Assembly (NCBI RefSeq): GCF_006345805.1
Contig: NW_021833562.1
Coordinates: 1-28,496 of the forward strand
Source of the DNA: Octopus sinensis
Taxonomy: Eukaryota
Length of the DNA stretch: 28,496 nucleotides
Direction: 5' to 3'
The notes under the pieces were generated by a model. It was not told the DNA's origin and did no database searches. It worked only from the letters and a program-made list of their open reading frames with translations. Made by a program: the position numbers and the translations under genes. Of the stretch, positions 1 to 11,610 are shown piece after piece. Numbering within the stretch: the stretch's first letter is position 1; each line of letters starts with the position of its first letter.

Positions 1-227
1 TATATATATATATATATATAGGCAGAGAGATGTAGAGGACTGCATGTACTAAGGTTCGTATACGTAACATGCACACATATACATGAGTAGACGCACGCAC
101 GCACGCAAGCACGCACAAATGCGCGCGCTTACTTACGTACATTTGTTCCTCTTAAGACACCGTTAATACAATGACAGCTTTTGACTTCGGGCAAGGAACA
201 AGAACGGCAAGATAACAGGAGCTTGCA

Positions 228-560
228 TTGATGGCTATGATGACGGTGATGGTGATGGCGTGGTGGTGCGCCGTTGGCAGCGACGATGAAGATGAAGATG
301 ATGGTGATGATAGCAATGGCGGCGGGAGTGGTGATAGGAACGGCGGGTGGTGATGGTTATAGGAGAGTGGGTAATGGAATGTTATTGTTGTGCGAGGTGG
401 TGGTGGTGATGATGGAAACGGCGGCGGAATGGTAGCGATGGTGGTGGTATTATTCGTGATGGTAGGGGCATTGGTGGTGGAGGGGATAGACTCACAGTGA
501 TCGTGATGACGTCTGAGATGATGATGATAATGAAGATAACGATAAATTGGCAATGATGTT
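228..560. repeat. Degenerate (GAT/GGT)n trinucleotide low-complexity tract
   Basis: Runs of gatgat/ggtggt; the overlapping ORFs give poly-H/P/S/I translations. Confidence 0.8.
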
Positions 561-735
561 GTTGCAACCGCCGATGATACAATAAGACCTTCCAGTCGTG
601 ACCATTCCATATTTTATTCTGGCAGTATAATAGTTAGGCTTACATGATTCGACCACCATCTCTTCCGCCCACCATCTCTTCCGCCGACATTTGTTTGTTT
701 TTGAAGACAGGTAGAGAATTAGCATTTGAGAAAGG

Positions 736-767
736 GTGATTTGATTGCTATTTTTAGCAGGTCGTCG
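736..767 (-). repeat. Remnant of dispersed repeat D
   Basis: gtgatttgattgctatttttagcaggtcgtcg resembles the copies at 3431, 8183, 15214, 21206 and 22129. Confidence 0.5.
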
Positions 768-878
768 TAGTGTTATCGATATCGATGGCAGGAATATGAC
801 ATCGATGACGATTGGAAAATTGAATGGGTGGGTGGGTGAGGGAAGGAAGTAGAAGAAAAGCATAGGAACACAGACGTG

Positions 879-887
879 TAGATAGAT

Positions 888-930
<43 letters not shown>

Positions 931-967
931 GTAGGTAGATAGAGAGGTAGGTAGATAGAGAGGTAGG

Positions 968-1023
<56 letters not shown>

Positions 1024-1185
1024 GACAGGTAGTTAGAGAGACAGGTAGTTAGAGAGACAGGTAGATAGAGAGACAGGTAGAAAGAGAGACAGGTAGATAG
1101 GCGGATAGATAGGTAAATAGACGGATAGATAAGTAGACAGATAGACGGATAGACGGACAGATAGGTATACGGATTGATAGGTGGA
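879..1185. repeat. Compound (GATA)n/(GGTA)n/(GACA)n tetranucleotide microsatellite
   Basis: Read directly from the sequence. Confidence 0.95.
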
Positions 1186-2173
1186 TATGTAGACCGGGGA
1201 AAAAGCAAACGTCATGTATAAAGATGGAGAGTGGGGGAGAAGTCGGAAAGCGAGAGAGAAATGATTGTAAACAAAAACGAAAAACAATGGGGAAATATTT
1301 TAAAATGGTGCACAAGATAGATAGAAGAAAAAAAAATGACTTCCACAGAAGTCAAAAACATCAACAACAAGATAATTTAGCATCGGTATTTGAAGTAGAG
1401 TTATGTTACACATCTTCATTTCGCTTATTTCAAAATATGGAGGCGACAGCAACGACGGTAGCGAAAGAAACCTCCTCAGGGGAGGGCGAGGGAAGTGGCG
1501 CGGTGCAGCGCGGACTGTGTGCGTGTGTAAAGGATGTGAAGGGCGAGAGGAGGACGGGTGTATGGTGATTGGAAGGTAAGAAGGAAGGGTGCTGGCTGCT
1601 ACATTCATGACGGATTGGATGGATGGATGGATGGATGGACGGATGGATTGATGTTATGCTGGAGACGTCACCTTCCTTACTCTCTCTCCACCCGTAATTC
1701 CTTTCCCCAATCCCACCAACTCCCACGCCTTCCTCAGCTCTACCCGATTCCTTGTTCGTTGAGGAGGTGTGGGGTGTTGGCGTGTACGCGCCGGTAAAGG
1801 AATGATTGCGTTTGTAATGTGTGATACGCATATGTATAGGTTCGTGATCGCGGATGGGGAGGCACGTAGAAGCTGGAACTAAATATATGTCGCTTAAGCT
1901 CCTGTTTATTAACCGAAAACACACGCACGCACGCGCATATACATGCATGTATATATATATATGTGTGTGTATATATGTATATATATGCGTATGCGAGCAT
2001 CTGTGAGTTACACAAGCACAAACACGAGTTTCGTTCCTTCCCACACCAGGCAGGAGCCAAGCCGAGTGGTACAAGAAAGAAAGAAAGAAAGAAAAAAAAT
2101 GGAAGGGCAGATACAGACATCTTCAATTATGCGTAAGACTGGATATGAGCATATGAGAGGGGGGAAGAGAGGG

Positions 2174-2207
<34 letters not shown>

Positions 2208-2284
2208 GTGGCAGGGAATGAACAGAGAGAAAGATGTAAAGTATGCGAATGCATTCGTGTGCATTCATAACTGTGCCTATGTGG

Positions 2285-2962
2285 TTGATGTATATATATA
2301 TATGTATATATATATATGTATATATATGTATATATATATATACATATATATATATATGTATGTACATATATATATATACACATATATATACACATATATA
2401 TATATACACATATATATATAGACACATATATATATACACATATATATATATAAATATATATACACATATATATATATACATATATATACACACACATATA
2501 TAAATATACATATATATACACACACATATATATTACACATATATATATACACACATATATAAATATACATATATATACACACACATATATATATACACAT
2601 ATATATATTACATATATATATACACACATATATAAATATACATATATATATACACACATATATAAATATACATATATATACACACATATATAAATATACA
2701 TATATATACACACACATATATATATACACATATATATAACATATATACATATACATATATATACACACACATATATATATACACATATATATATACATAT
2801 ATACATATATATATACATATATACATACACACATATATAAATATACATATATATACACACACATATATATATACACATATATATATACATATATACATAC
2901 ATATATACATATATATATACATATATATACATACATACATATATATACATATATATACATAC

Positions 2963-2997
<35 letters not shown>

Positions 2998-3050
2998 CAT
3001 ATAAACACATACACACATATATTTGTGTGTGTGTGTGTGTGTGTATGTGT
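2285..3050. repeat. Compound (TA)n/(CA)n microsatellite with ~28-30 bp higher-order units
   Basis: Recurrent acacacatatataaatatacatatatat-like units. Confidence 0.95.
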
Positions 3051-3149
3051 GGTGTCTCATACGCGAGTTAGTGTGTGTATTGAGGCGTGCACGTGCGTTG
3101 TGCATATGAAGGGAGAACCTTCTCTCCAACCATTCTCAAGAGACGCAGT

Positions 3150-3220
3150 GGCTGGTCGGCTGAGTGGATAAGGTGCTAGACTAGTGACCCAAGAAAGGTC
3201 ACGGATTCAAAACTAGTCAT
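3150..3220 (+). mobile_element. Degenerate tRNA-like (possibly tRNA-Thr-derived) SINE head, a third family
   Basis: A-box-like CGGCTGAGTGG (3157-3167), anticodon-loop-like CTAGTGA (3181-3187) and B-box-like GGATTCAAAAC (3203-3213) at tRNA-like spacing. The stems are decayed, so it is not a functional tRNA. Confidence 0.35.
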
Positions 3221-3430
3221 TCTAAGCCCTGCCACGCCATGTCGTGACGTGCCACAACAATCCCAACGCATGCCGCCTTCCCTGTCTGCATGTCTGTCTG
3301 TGTGTCTCTCAGACATGGACAAGGGAGCATACTCTGATTGGCTTCTTTCGTGTCTCTAACAGTGTGACATCAAAACTAGGTGTCATGCTGTCCTTATAAG
3401 ATCGCAACTAACCAATCCATGATTGAAATG

Positions 3431-3469
3431 AGGGATATTTGACTGCTGTTTCTGTTTCTGTCGAGCGAC
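3431..3469 (-). repeat. Remnant of dispersed repeat D
   Basis: agggatatttgactgctgtttc...gtcgagcgac matches the other D copies in the window. Confidence 0.5.
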
Positions 3470-3618
3470 TGTGTTGTAATTTCTAACTGGAAGAGACCCT
3501 CACCTGTATTTATATTTGAAAGCTTTCATGAAGTTAAAATATGGGGAGGAAAAAAATACAATTTCCTTCTTAATACCAAAATAATTTAAAAGTCAGAAAA
3601 TAAAATTTTCCTCATTAC

Positions 3619-3781
3619 AGGCGTAGGAGTGGCTGTGTGGTAAGTAGCTTGCTTACGAACCACATGGTTCCGGGTTCAGTCCCACTGCGTGGCACCTTGG
3701 GCAAGTGTCTTCTACTATAGCCTCGGGCCGACCAAAGCCTTGTGAGTGGATTTGGTAGACAGAAACTGAAAGAATCCCGTC

Positions 3782-3824
<43 letters not shown>

Positions 3825-3834
3825 GTGTGTGTGT

Positions 3835-3884
<50 letters not shown>

Positions 3885-4133
3885 GTGTGTGTGTGTGTGT
3901 GTGTTTGTGTGTGTTGTGTTTCTCCCCCCACCACCACCAACATCGCTTGACAACCGATGCTGGTGTGTTTACATCTCCGTAACTTAGCGGTTCGGCAAAA
4001 CGAGACCGATAGAATAAGTACTAGGCTTACAAAAAGAATAAGTCCTGGGGGTCGATTTCCTCGACTAAAGGCGGTGCTCCAGCATGGCCACACAGTCAAA
4101 TGACTGAAACAAGTAAATGAGTAAAAAATGAGT
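3619..4133 (+). mobile_element. Family A tRNA-derived SINE, copy A1 (full length)
   Basis: Head has A-box TGGCTGTGTGG and B-box GGTTCAGTCCC, followed by (TA)n(TG)n at 3783-3920 and a conserved tail ending in GAGTAAA-type repeats. ATTACAG is duplicated at 3614-3620 and 4134-4140. Near-identical to other copies in the window. Confidence 0.92.
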
Positions 4134-5073
4134 ATTACAGATGCTTCCTTCCTAAGTCCTCGCAGTTGGCCCCTGTGAATAAAAGCAGTTTACTTGATTG
4201 TGTTCTTAGCATAGTAGCAAGTTCGTTGGCTCGATAAAAATGCTAAGTGTAATCTAACTCATGACAAACCAGCCAAATCTCTAGATAATACTTTTTATTT
4301 CTTTTCGTCTTAAATTAGCTGCGTGGTCTAGTCTCGTTTTGCGTCCTTTTGTTGAAGATGTTGCATCTGTGTATTCTCTGATTGTCAAACACATTTGCCA
4401 TTTCACCCTTGTTATATTTGGTTGCTCTCACACACGATTGGTTTACTTTTCTCTCTCTTCTTCCTTCTGCTTAATATCTCAGCATCTCCCCCCCCCATCT
4501 CTCACTGATTGTTTGAGTTTATAATCGATGCTAAAATTCTTTCTTTTGATCACTTGTCTCCAACCAATCTTTGGATAACGCTTCCATTTTTCCCCGTGTT
4601 TATTCATTATTTTTAAAGGCAATATTTCATCTTTCTCCTTTTGTCCGGTCTTTAGCCAACGCACCAATGTCCCAGTTCCCACTCTCTTTCCCCTCCTTTG
4701 CCCTCATGTTACACCACCAACACCTTCCAACACTCGTCCCCCTACCCATATTGTTTCGTCTTTAAACCACTAACCGCACATCACTTTTCCATTGTCTATT
4801 CTTTAACCGCATCTCACCATTTTTCTATTGTCCGCTCTTCAGATTCTTTCTCTGCTTACAAGTCCAGCCTTTAGCCTGGCACAACTATTTCCATAACATC
4901 TGGTCTTTTCACCTTACACCAATTCATCGATTACTCCTCATTCTTCCACCATCATCATCATCGTTCAATAAACAGTCATTCAGCTATACATAATTGTGTC
5001 ATATCATAAAACCATATCTAACATCAACTGCACTGTGCGTATGTGATTTGATATAGTTCTGTAGAGTCTAGAG

Positions 5074-5324
5074 CAGTGATTCTAAACCAATTCTTACTTA
5101 TGGACCTCTTCGATTCTTATTTTACTCGAATGCACCCTCCTAGCCATTTGCAATTTAAAAACAAAATCAGGCATGATTGTGCGGCAAGGAGCTTTCTTCC
5201 CAACAACATGGTTCTGGGTTCAGTCCCACTGCATGGCACCTTGGGCAAGTGTCTTCAACTATAGCCTCGGGCCGATCAAGGCCTTGCGAGTGGATTTGGC
5301 AGACGGAAACTGAAAGAAGCCGTC

Positions 5325-5361
<37 letters not shown>

Positions 5362-5724
5362 GTATATATATATATATATATATATAGGGGGAGTTCCCAC
5401 CACCACCGCCGCTTGAGAACCGTTGTCGGCGTGTTTACTTCCCCGTAACCTAGCTGTTCGGCAAAAGAGACCGATAAAATAAATACTAGACTTTAAAAAT
5501 GTCGATATATTCGACTAAAACACCCTCAAGGCAGTGCCTCAGCATGGCCACAGTCAAATGACTGAAACAAGTAAAAGAAAAAGACAAATACAAGATATTC
5601 ATATAATTAAATATTATAAGAAATTGTATTTCAAAAATTGTTAAAATATTTTGTGCATCGCAGAAATATAACCAATTTATTGGAGAACTCCCAAGGGTCG
5701 TATGAACTCCGATCTAGAACATCG
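5074..5724. mobile_element. Decayed hAT/Charlie-like MITE interrupted by SINE A2
   Basis: Left end CAGTGATTCTAAACC (5074-5088) is preceded by GTCTAGAG, matching the NTCTAGAN target typical of Charlie elements. The right part (5605-5724) is homologous to 19650-19750, which ends in TGTTTAAAATCACTA, the inverted form of the left end. The right TIR here is decayed and the TSD is not recovered. Confidence 0.55.
5169..5585 (+). mobile_element. Family A SINE, copy A2 (diverged)
   Basis: Head, microsatellite and tail are all recognisable, with many substitutions and an internal tail deletion. Confidence 0.88.
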
Positions 5725-6275
5725 TTACACGGAACATCACACTTCATTTTTTTATATTAAAAATTTTTTTTTTTTTTTTACAGTCAACCGACAATGCGGT
5801 GACAAATCCTTTAATTTCTGTAGGGAAACAGATGTTGCGACATCGTCCGTCGATTGCTCAAAATAACCTAAGTATGAAACTTCGAAATCATTTTTCTAGG
5901 ACCATATCAGAGCCTTTACTAATACATATGCTTCATTTTATTATTGCATTGAGTATTCTTGCTTATTTTTAGACTTCTGCAAATCATTTTACCGTTATAT
6001 ATATATATATCTATTATATATATATATATATAATATATATATATATATACTGCTTCTACAAGCACATGAGAAAATCATCGCATTCCTTGTTTGATTCTTA
6101 GGTTTATTACTTTTAATTATACATACCCCAATCGCATCCCTTTTCCCACCCCACCCCACACGGTTCTTTTTATCTTATTTAAATAAACAATTCTTCCATC
6201 CGCAGAGGAAATGTAAAAACAACTTTCCACTGGGGAATAATGGAACAAACATGTCTTTAGACTAAACAGACGCAC

Positions 6276-6310
<35 letters not shown>

Positions 6311-6344
6311 CACACAAGCGTGCACACATGCTTTAATTAATTGT

Positions 6345-6570
6345 ATATACTTGTGTGTGTGTGTATATATATGTGTGTATATATATTGTATGTATATATA
6401 TGTGTGTATATATATATATGTGTGTTATATATACTATTGATATATATGTGTGTGTATATATATAATATGTGTGTATATTTATTATATATATGTATATATA
6501 TTATGTATATATGTATATATTATATATATATATATGTATATTATATATGTATATATAATGTATATATGTA

Positions 6571-6603
<33 letters not shown>

Positions 6604-6847
6604 GTATATATATATGTATATATATATATATGTATATATATATGATATTGTCTATATATATATATATATGTATATAATATATATATGTATATATATATAT
6701 ATTGTATATATATATGTATATATATGTATATATATATATGTTTATGTATATATTATATATGTATATATATATGTGTGTATATATATATATATATGTATAT
6801 ATATGTTGGTATATATGTATATATAGTCTATATTATATATGTATATA

Positions 6848-6889
<42 letters not shown>

Positions 6890-7272
6890 GTGTATATATA
6901 TCTGGTATATATTATATGTATATATATATATATATGTATATATATATGTATATATATGTTATATATATATTTATATATGTATATATATATATATGTATAT
7001 ATATATGTTGTTATATATATATATATATGTATATATATATGTGTGTATATTATATAATATATTTATATATATATATGTATATATATATGTGTATTATATA
7101 TATATATATATATATATTGTTAATATATTTGTGTAATATATATGTGTATATATATATATGTATATATATTTATATATTATGTGTATTATATATATGTGTA
7201 TATATATATGTATATATATATATTATATATATATCTATATATATATATATATATTATATAATATATATATAC
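6345..7272. repeat. ~930-bp compound (TA)n/(TG)n microsatellite
   Basis: Read directly from the sequence; source of the YI/CV-repeat pseudo-ORFs. Confidence 0.95.
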
Positions 7273-7774
7273 TCGTATCCAAAGTCTTAATGGTAAGTAG
7301 TCTCACCAGGCAGACACATATGTACGTTAGTCCCAGATGAACACGACGGTACCATGTCGGTATGCTGTTAAGATAAAGAGTCAACAGTTACATTAAACGT
7401 AAGGTTAAGGTTTGAGAAGAAAAAAGGTGTAACGGGTGGGGGGCAGAAGTGGAGGGCTTACAGCAAGAAAAACAGAACAGGAACCCAAGTAACCTAACAA
7501 GCAATGTAATCTGCAGATATCAAGTACGACATAATTACAAAGCGGGTACATATGTAGCTCATGTATTTTATGCACATATATATATATATACACGTTCATA
7601 CGTACGTACGTACATACAACTTACGTATGTTTGTACGCCTGTGTAACATGCAATGGCGTAACGAAAGCTAGAGTTGTTGAAGCAACGTTTGTGAAAAAGA
7701 AAAGTGGTTGGTTAGACGGAATCTGGTCGGGAGTTCTTAGAAGCGTAGGGAGGGGGTGTGAACATCTTGTTGTG

Positions 7775-8048
7775 ATTGATGATGATGATGATGGTTGTGA
7801 GAATGATGATGATGATGATGATGTTGGCCGTTGTGTGTGTGTGTGTGTGTGTCTTGTGTGATGCCAGCGTGTATTGCATGTTGTGGCAGAGAGCCAAAAC
7901 AATATTACTTTAAGAGCAAGGCGCGACGAAGTCGAGACATATTGACAGAGCTTCCAGATGTGTTAGTTTGTGTGTGTGGAGAGAGAGAGAGAGAGAGACG
8001 GAGAAAAGAGAAAGAGATAGAGAGGGAGAGGGAGAGAAAAAGAGATAG

Positions 8049-8088
<40 letters not shown>
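7775..8088. repeat. Cluster of (GAT)n, (GT)n and (GA)n/(GATA)n microsatellites
   Basis: Read directly from the sequence. Confidence 0.85.
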
Positions 8089-8090
<2 letters not shown>

Positions 8091-8182
8091 ATATCCATTT
8101 TACACGCGAGCTAGAAAAAATACATGACAACGATTAGAATCGCAACAAAGGTAGATTAGTGCAAATGGTTGCATTCTATTAA

Positions 8183-8219
8183 GGGGATTTTGACTGCAAT
8201 ATCTAGCAGGTCAAGCGGC
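8183..8219 (-). repeat. Remnant of dispersed repeat D
   Basis: ggggattttgactgcaatatctagcaggtcaagcggc is the reverse complement of the gtcgctcgac...agcagccaaat motif at 21206. Confidence 0.55.
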
Positions 8220-8413
8220 GATGTGGAGACTGTAACGAAACTGGATAACGCCATTGTACAAGGTTTTTGAGACAGGGGAAGTCGGTGTGGTTGCCGGAGG
8301 AGAGAAACTACTACACTTGAGAGCAGTGTCATAGTTCATACGCTTGGGATGAGATGTCAAGTCGTTGCTTCTGTTGTTATTTGGCGCCAGGTAACCCTGA
8401 TAGAGCGGATCCT

Positions 8414-8478
8414 TCATAAAAGGCATTCTTTTATGTGCTCGGAACTCCCAAAATCCACGTCATTCAACTCGTCCATCA
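8414..8478 (-). CDS. Candidate terminal coding exon of an unidentified gene ((M)MDELNDVDFGSSEHIKECLL*)
   Basis: Acceptor cccttatcatcatag at 8479-8493, phase-compatible with the candidate exon at 8605-8558 across a 79-nt GT-AG intron. Unique, GC-elevated sequence. No homology recognised. Confidence 0.2.
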
Positions 8479-8557
8479 CTATGATGATAAGGGTAGTATA
8501 AATTTGAGAAGTTTGACAGGTATTTCTAACAAGTCACTCGACCACGTAGAGACTCAC

Positions 8558-8605
8558 TCGTTGGCTCGAGGGCCAGGAAGTCGTTGGCGTTCAATGGTAA
8601 TAAAT
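8558..8605 (-). CDS. Candidate 48-nt symmetric (phase 1-1) exon (xLLPLNANDFLALEPT)
   Basis: Pyrimidine tract plus AAG acceptor, and a consensus CGA|GTGAGT donor. An alternative acceptor at 8666 would give a 109-nt exon in another frame. Confidence 0.2.
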
Positions 8606-9504
8606 CTTCGTAAAAGAGGATTGGAAGGCAACATTAAGCATGCAAGAGAAGTTATGAAAAACGAACCTAAAGTGAAATAGAACAGGGATAAATATAGACA
8701 AACCAATGGAAGAAAGCACAGCAAAACAGGATATGGGTGGGGTTTTGACAGGTATAGACGATACGACTTGAAGATCTTGTTTTATTCTTTGTCCACCCTG
8801 GTTTTTTATGTTATTGGCTATATTATTTTTTATTATGTTATTCTTTTTATTGCATTTACTTATTTTTGTGTCGAATATCTGTTTAGCTTTGCACTTTTCT
8901 TGGTTTTGCATGTACGTCTAACAACTAGATGTTTTTTCCTAAATAGAATCTTTGTCACCTTTGATGCAATAGACAACAACAATAATAATTGCAACACTAC
9001 CAAGAGCAGCTAAATACAAACAAAACTAAGGGTGTTAAGACAGTGATTTACGCTGAAGAGGTTGAATGAATAATAAGCAAATATTTGAAAGTACAACGGG
9101 AAAACCTGAAGAAAATTAATAGTAAAAGAAACACAAATTAACAGAAGAAAAACACTAACAGTCACCGTTTTCTTGTTAAGCACGAGGGTTTTGGAAGTGG
9201 CGGTGCTTTTAAGATGCTAATGGTGATCGTGATGGTGTTAAGGAGATTGATAGCTGTGGTTGTGGTGTTAAAGCTGTTGGTGTGGTGATGCGGGTTTGTA
9301 TGGTGGGGGCAGGGGGTAATTAACGTCATGTAGATGGTGGTGTTGGTAGCGGTGTTGATGGTACTAGTTGTGAAGAGGAGGCTGTAATCCATTACAGTAT
9401 TTTTAATAGCTGCGATTAACTACGAAGTGGTGGGGAAAAAAAGGACAGAAAACAACATACCAGCAACCACCAGCACCGGTAAGAACAGAGTTAGTATCGC
9501 TTTA

Positions 9505-9873
9505 GACTGCGGCCATGCTGGGGCACAACCTCAAAGCATTTTAATCGATTAAATCGACCTCATTACTTCTTTTAATTTCTTTTCTTTTATCTATTTTTTT
9601 AAGGCCTGCTACTTATTCTATCGGTTTCGCTTGCCGAACCGCTACGTTACGAGCACGTAAGTAAACCAACACCGGTTGTCAAACGGTGGTGGGGGAAAGA
9701 CACACAAACACACACACACACAATGACAACCTTCTTTGTGTTTCCAAATCCACTCACAAGCCCTTTGGTCGGTCTGAAGGTATAGTAGAAAACACCTGCT
9801 TATGGTACCACGGAGTGAGATTGAACCCAGAGCCATGTGGACGAGAAGCCAGCTTCTTGCTGACACAGCCACG
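9505..9873 (-). mobile_element. Family A SINE, copy A3 (old, diverged)
   Basis: Reverse complement of the tail (gactgcggccatgctggggcac; ttgccgaaccgct) and of the head (ccaaatccactcacaag; gacacagccac). Confidence 0.85.
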
Positions 9874-10867
9874 AAAAAAAAAAGAAAAAAGAAAGAAAAA
9901 TCTCTAAAGACCATACAAGAAGCTGAGTACAAATTTGTCATTTCAACGACAGATAACAGTTTCCCCGCGTTACATCACAACTGAAACGACAAACATAGCC
10001 CCACAACCACCTAATTTAGCCAAGTACCACCACCAGCACAACCTGCATGTATTTTTCACCACCCCCTACCTCTTCTCTCATCTACTTTAACTGGTTGACA
10101 AGAGGATGTGATACCGTTCGAGGATGAGGGTTAGTTATATTGTCTGTGGATGAATTTATGAAAGAATGAATGAGTTTAAAGAATGAAAGAATGGTACCAC
10201 TTTGTGTGAATACGTTTCCATACATACATACATACTACATACATACATACATGCATACGAGTTCGTGGTTTTGTGTGAGTGTGTATATGTGTATGTACGT
10301 TTGGTTGTGTTGGCGTGCGTGCGTGCGATTAGAATGAATCCAGAGGAAAAAAAAAAAAGAATCATATACACAGAAAAAGTAGGCAGTCTTGGGGTGTAGA
10401 ACGTAGGGGTTTCGGGGGGGGGAGAGGTAGCATTAATGGGGCAATAGCGGTGGTGTAATGGAAACGGAGAAGGAGGAGGAGGTGGTGGTGGCGGGGGGGG
10501 GGATTCGTATAATAAAAGGAAATTATTTTAGAGCAAGCGTGGGGGGAGAGAAAGGGGCGAGAGGGATGATGATGATGATAAAATGAAATGTATAGGATAA
10601 CACGTATATAGACAGTGAGTCAGACTGACAGACAGACAGACAGACAAATACACAGACATGAACATACGTACACATAATAATTTCTTTTCTTTTTTTAAGT
10701 GACGAAAACGTAATAAAATCAAGACGAGAGCGGCTGACGGTAATGGCAAGAAGCATAGGATATGTAATGAAGAGATGCAAGGAAGTGAGATTTAAGAAGA
10801 GAGAGAGATGGAGAAGCGACGGTACGAAGAAGGAGGAAAAAGAGCAGCAAGGTTGTTTAAGCTTAAG

Positions 10868-10975
10868 CCTTAGAATCGACCTTGAACTGAACAAGCGTTC
10901 CAGCCGTAACTGTCCTGCCTGTTATTTCTCACGTAACAAGTATCTCCGAATTGCGCTGCCCACTGCAGTCTTAAA
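10868..10975. repeat. Dispersed repeat C fragment, copy 1
   Basis: Similar to 11482-11610 (ccttakaatcgaccttg; aagcgttccarccgt; tgcagtctta) and to the inverted end at 22700-22732. Confidence 0.6.
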
Positions 10976-11384
10976 TACTCTTTTACTCTTTTACTTGTTT
11001 CAGTCATTTGACTGCGGCCATGCTGGAGCACCGCCTTTAGTCGAGCAACTCGACCCTCCAGGACTTATTCTTTTGTAAGCCCAGTACTTATTCTATCGGT
11101 CTCTTTTGCCGAACCGCTAAGTGACGGGGACGTAAACACACCAGCATCGGTTGTCAAGCAATGCTAGGGGGACAAACACAGACACACAAACACACACACC
11201 CATATGTATGTACATATATACGACGGGCTTCTTTCAGTTTCCGTCTACCAAATCCACTCACAAGGCTTTGGTCAGCCCGAGGCTGTAGTAGAAGACACTT
11301 GCCCAAGGTGCCACACAGTGGGACTGAACCCGGAACCATGTGGTTCGTAAGCAAGCTACTTACCACACAGCCACTTCTACGCCT
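10976..11384 (-). mobile_element. Family A SINE, copy A4 (full length)
   Basis: Complete reverse-complement copy from the (TACTCTTT)n tail to ...ctacgcct. Confidence 0.93.
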
Positions 11385-11481
11385 ATATATATCTTTTATT
11401 TATTAATCTATTTATTTTTGAGAGGGGGTGGAAATATAATTTAAGGGCACGTGAAGAAACAGAGCAAAGTTAAGTTTTAAC

Positions 11482-11610
11482 CCTTATAATCGACCTTGTC
11501 CGAACAGACCTATTAACAAAAGCGTTCCAACCGTGACCCTCACACCTTTCATTTCTTGTATAACAATTGTCTAAATATCTGCATATTACATTGACCAGTG
11601 CAGTCTTAGA
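11482..11610. repeat. Dispersed repeat C fragment, copy 2
   Basis: Direct similarity to 10868-10975. Confidence 0.6.

Noticed and set aside
137-184. 48-nt minus-strand exon-like segment (KSCHCINGVLRGTNV) with a GTAAGT donor
   Set aside because: There is no supporting context; it shows how easily such candidates arise by chance.
1436-1580. caaaatATGGAG start (MEATATTVAKETSSGEGEG...) followed by an AAG|GTAAGA donor
   Set aside because: An in-frame TGA (1566-1568) precedes the donor, and there is no recognisable homology.
3619-3700. SINE heads as tRNA genes
   Set aside because: They have A/B boxes but no complete cloverleaf, and are attached to repeat bodies.
8300-8345. MNYDT resembling the ETS-domain MNY(D/E) motif
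   Set aside because: The flanking WG..K and RALRYYY residues are absent.
9050-9075. CTGAAGA...GAAA hammerhead-like core
   Set aside because: Helices I, II and III cannot be formed.
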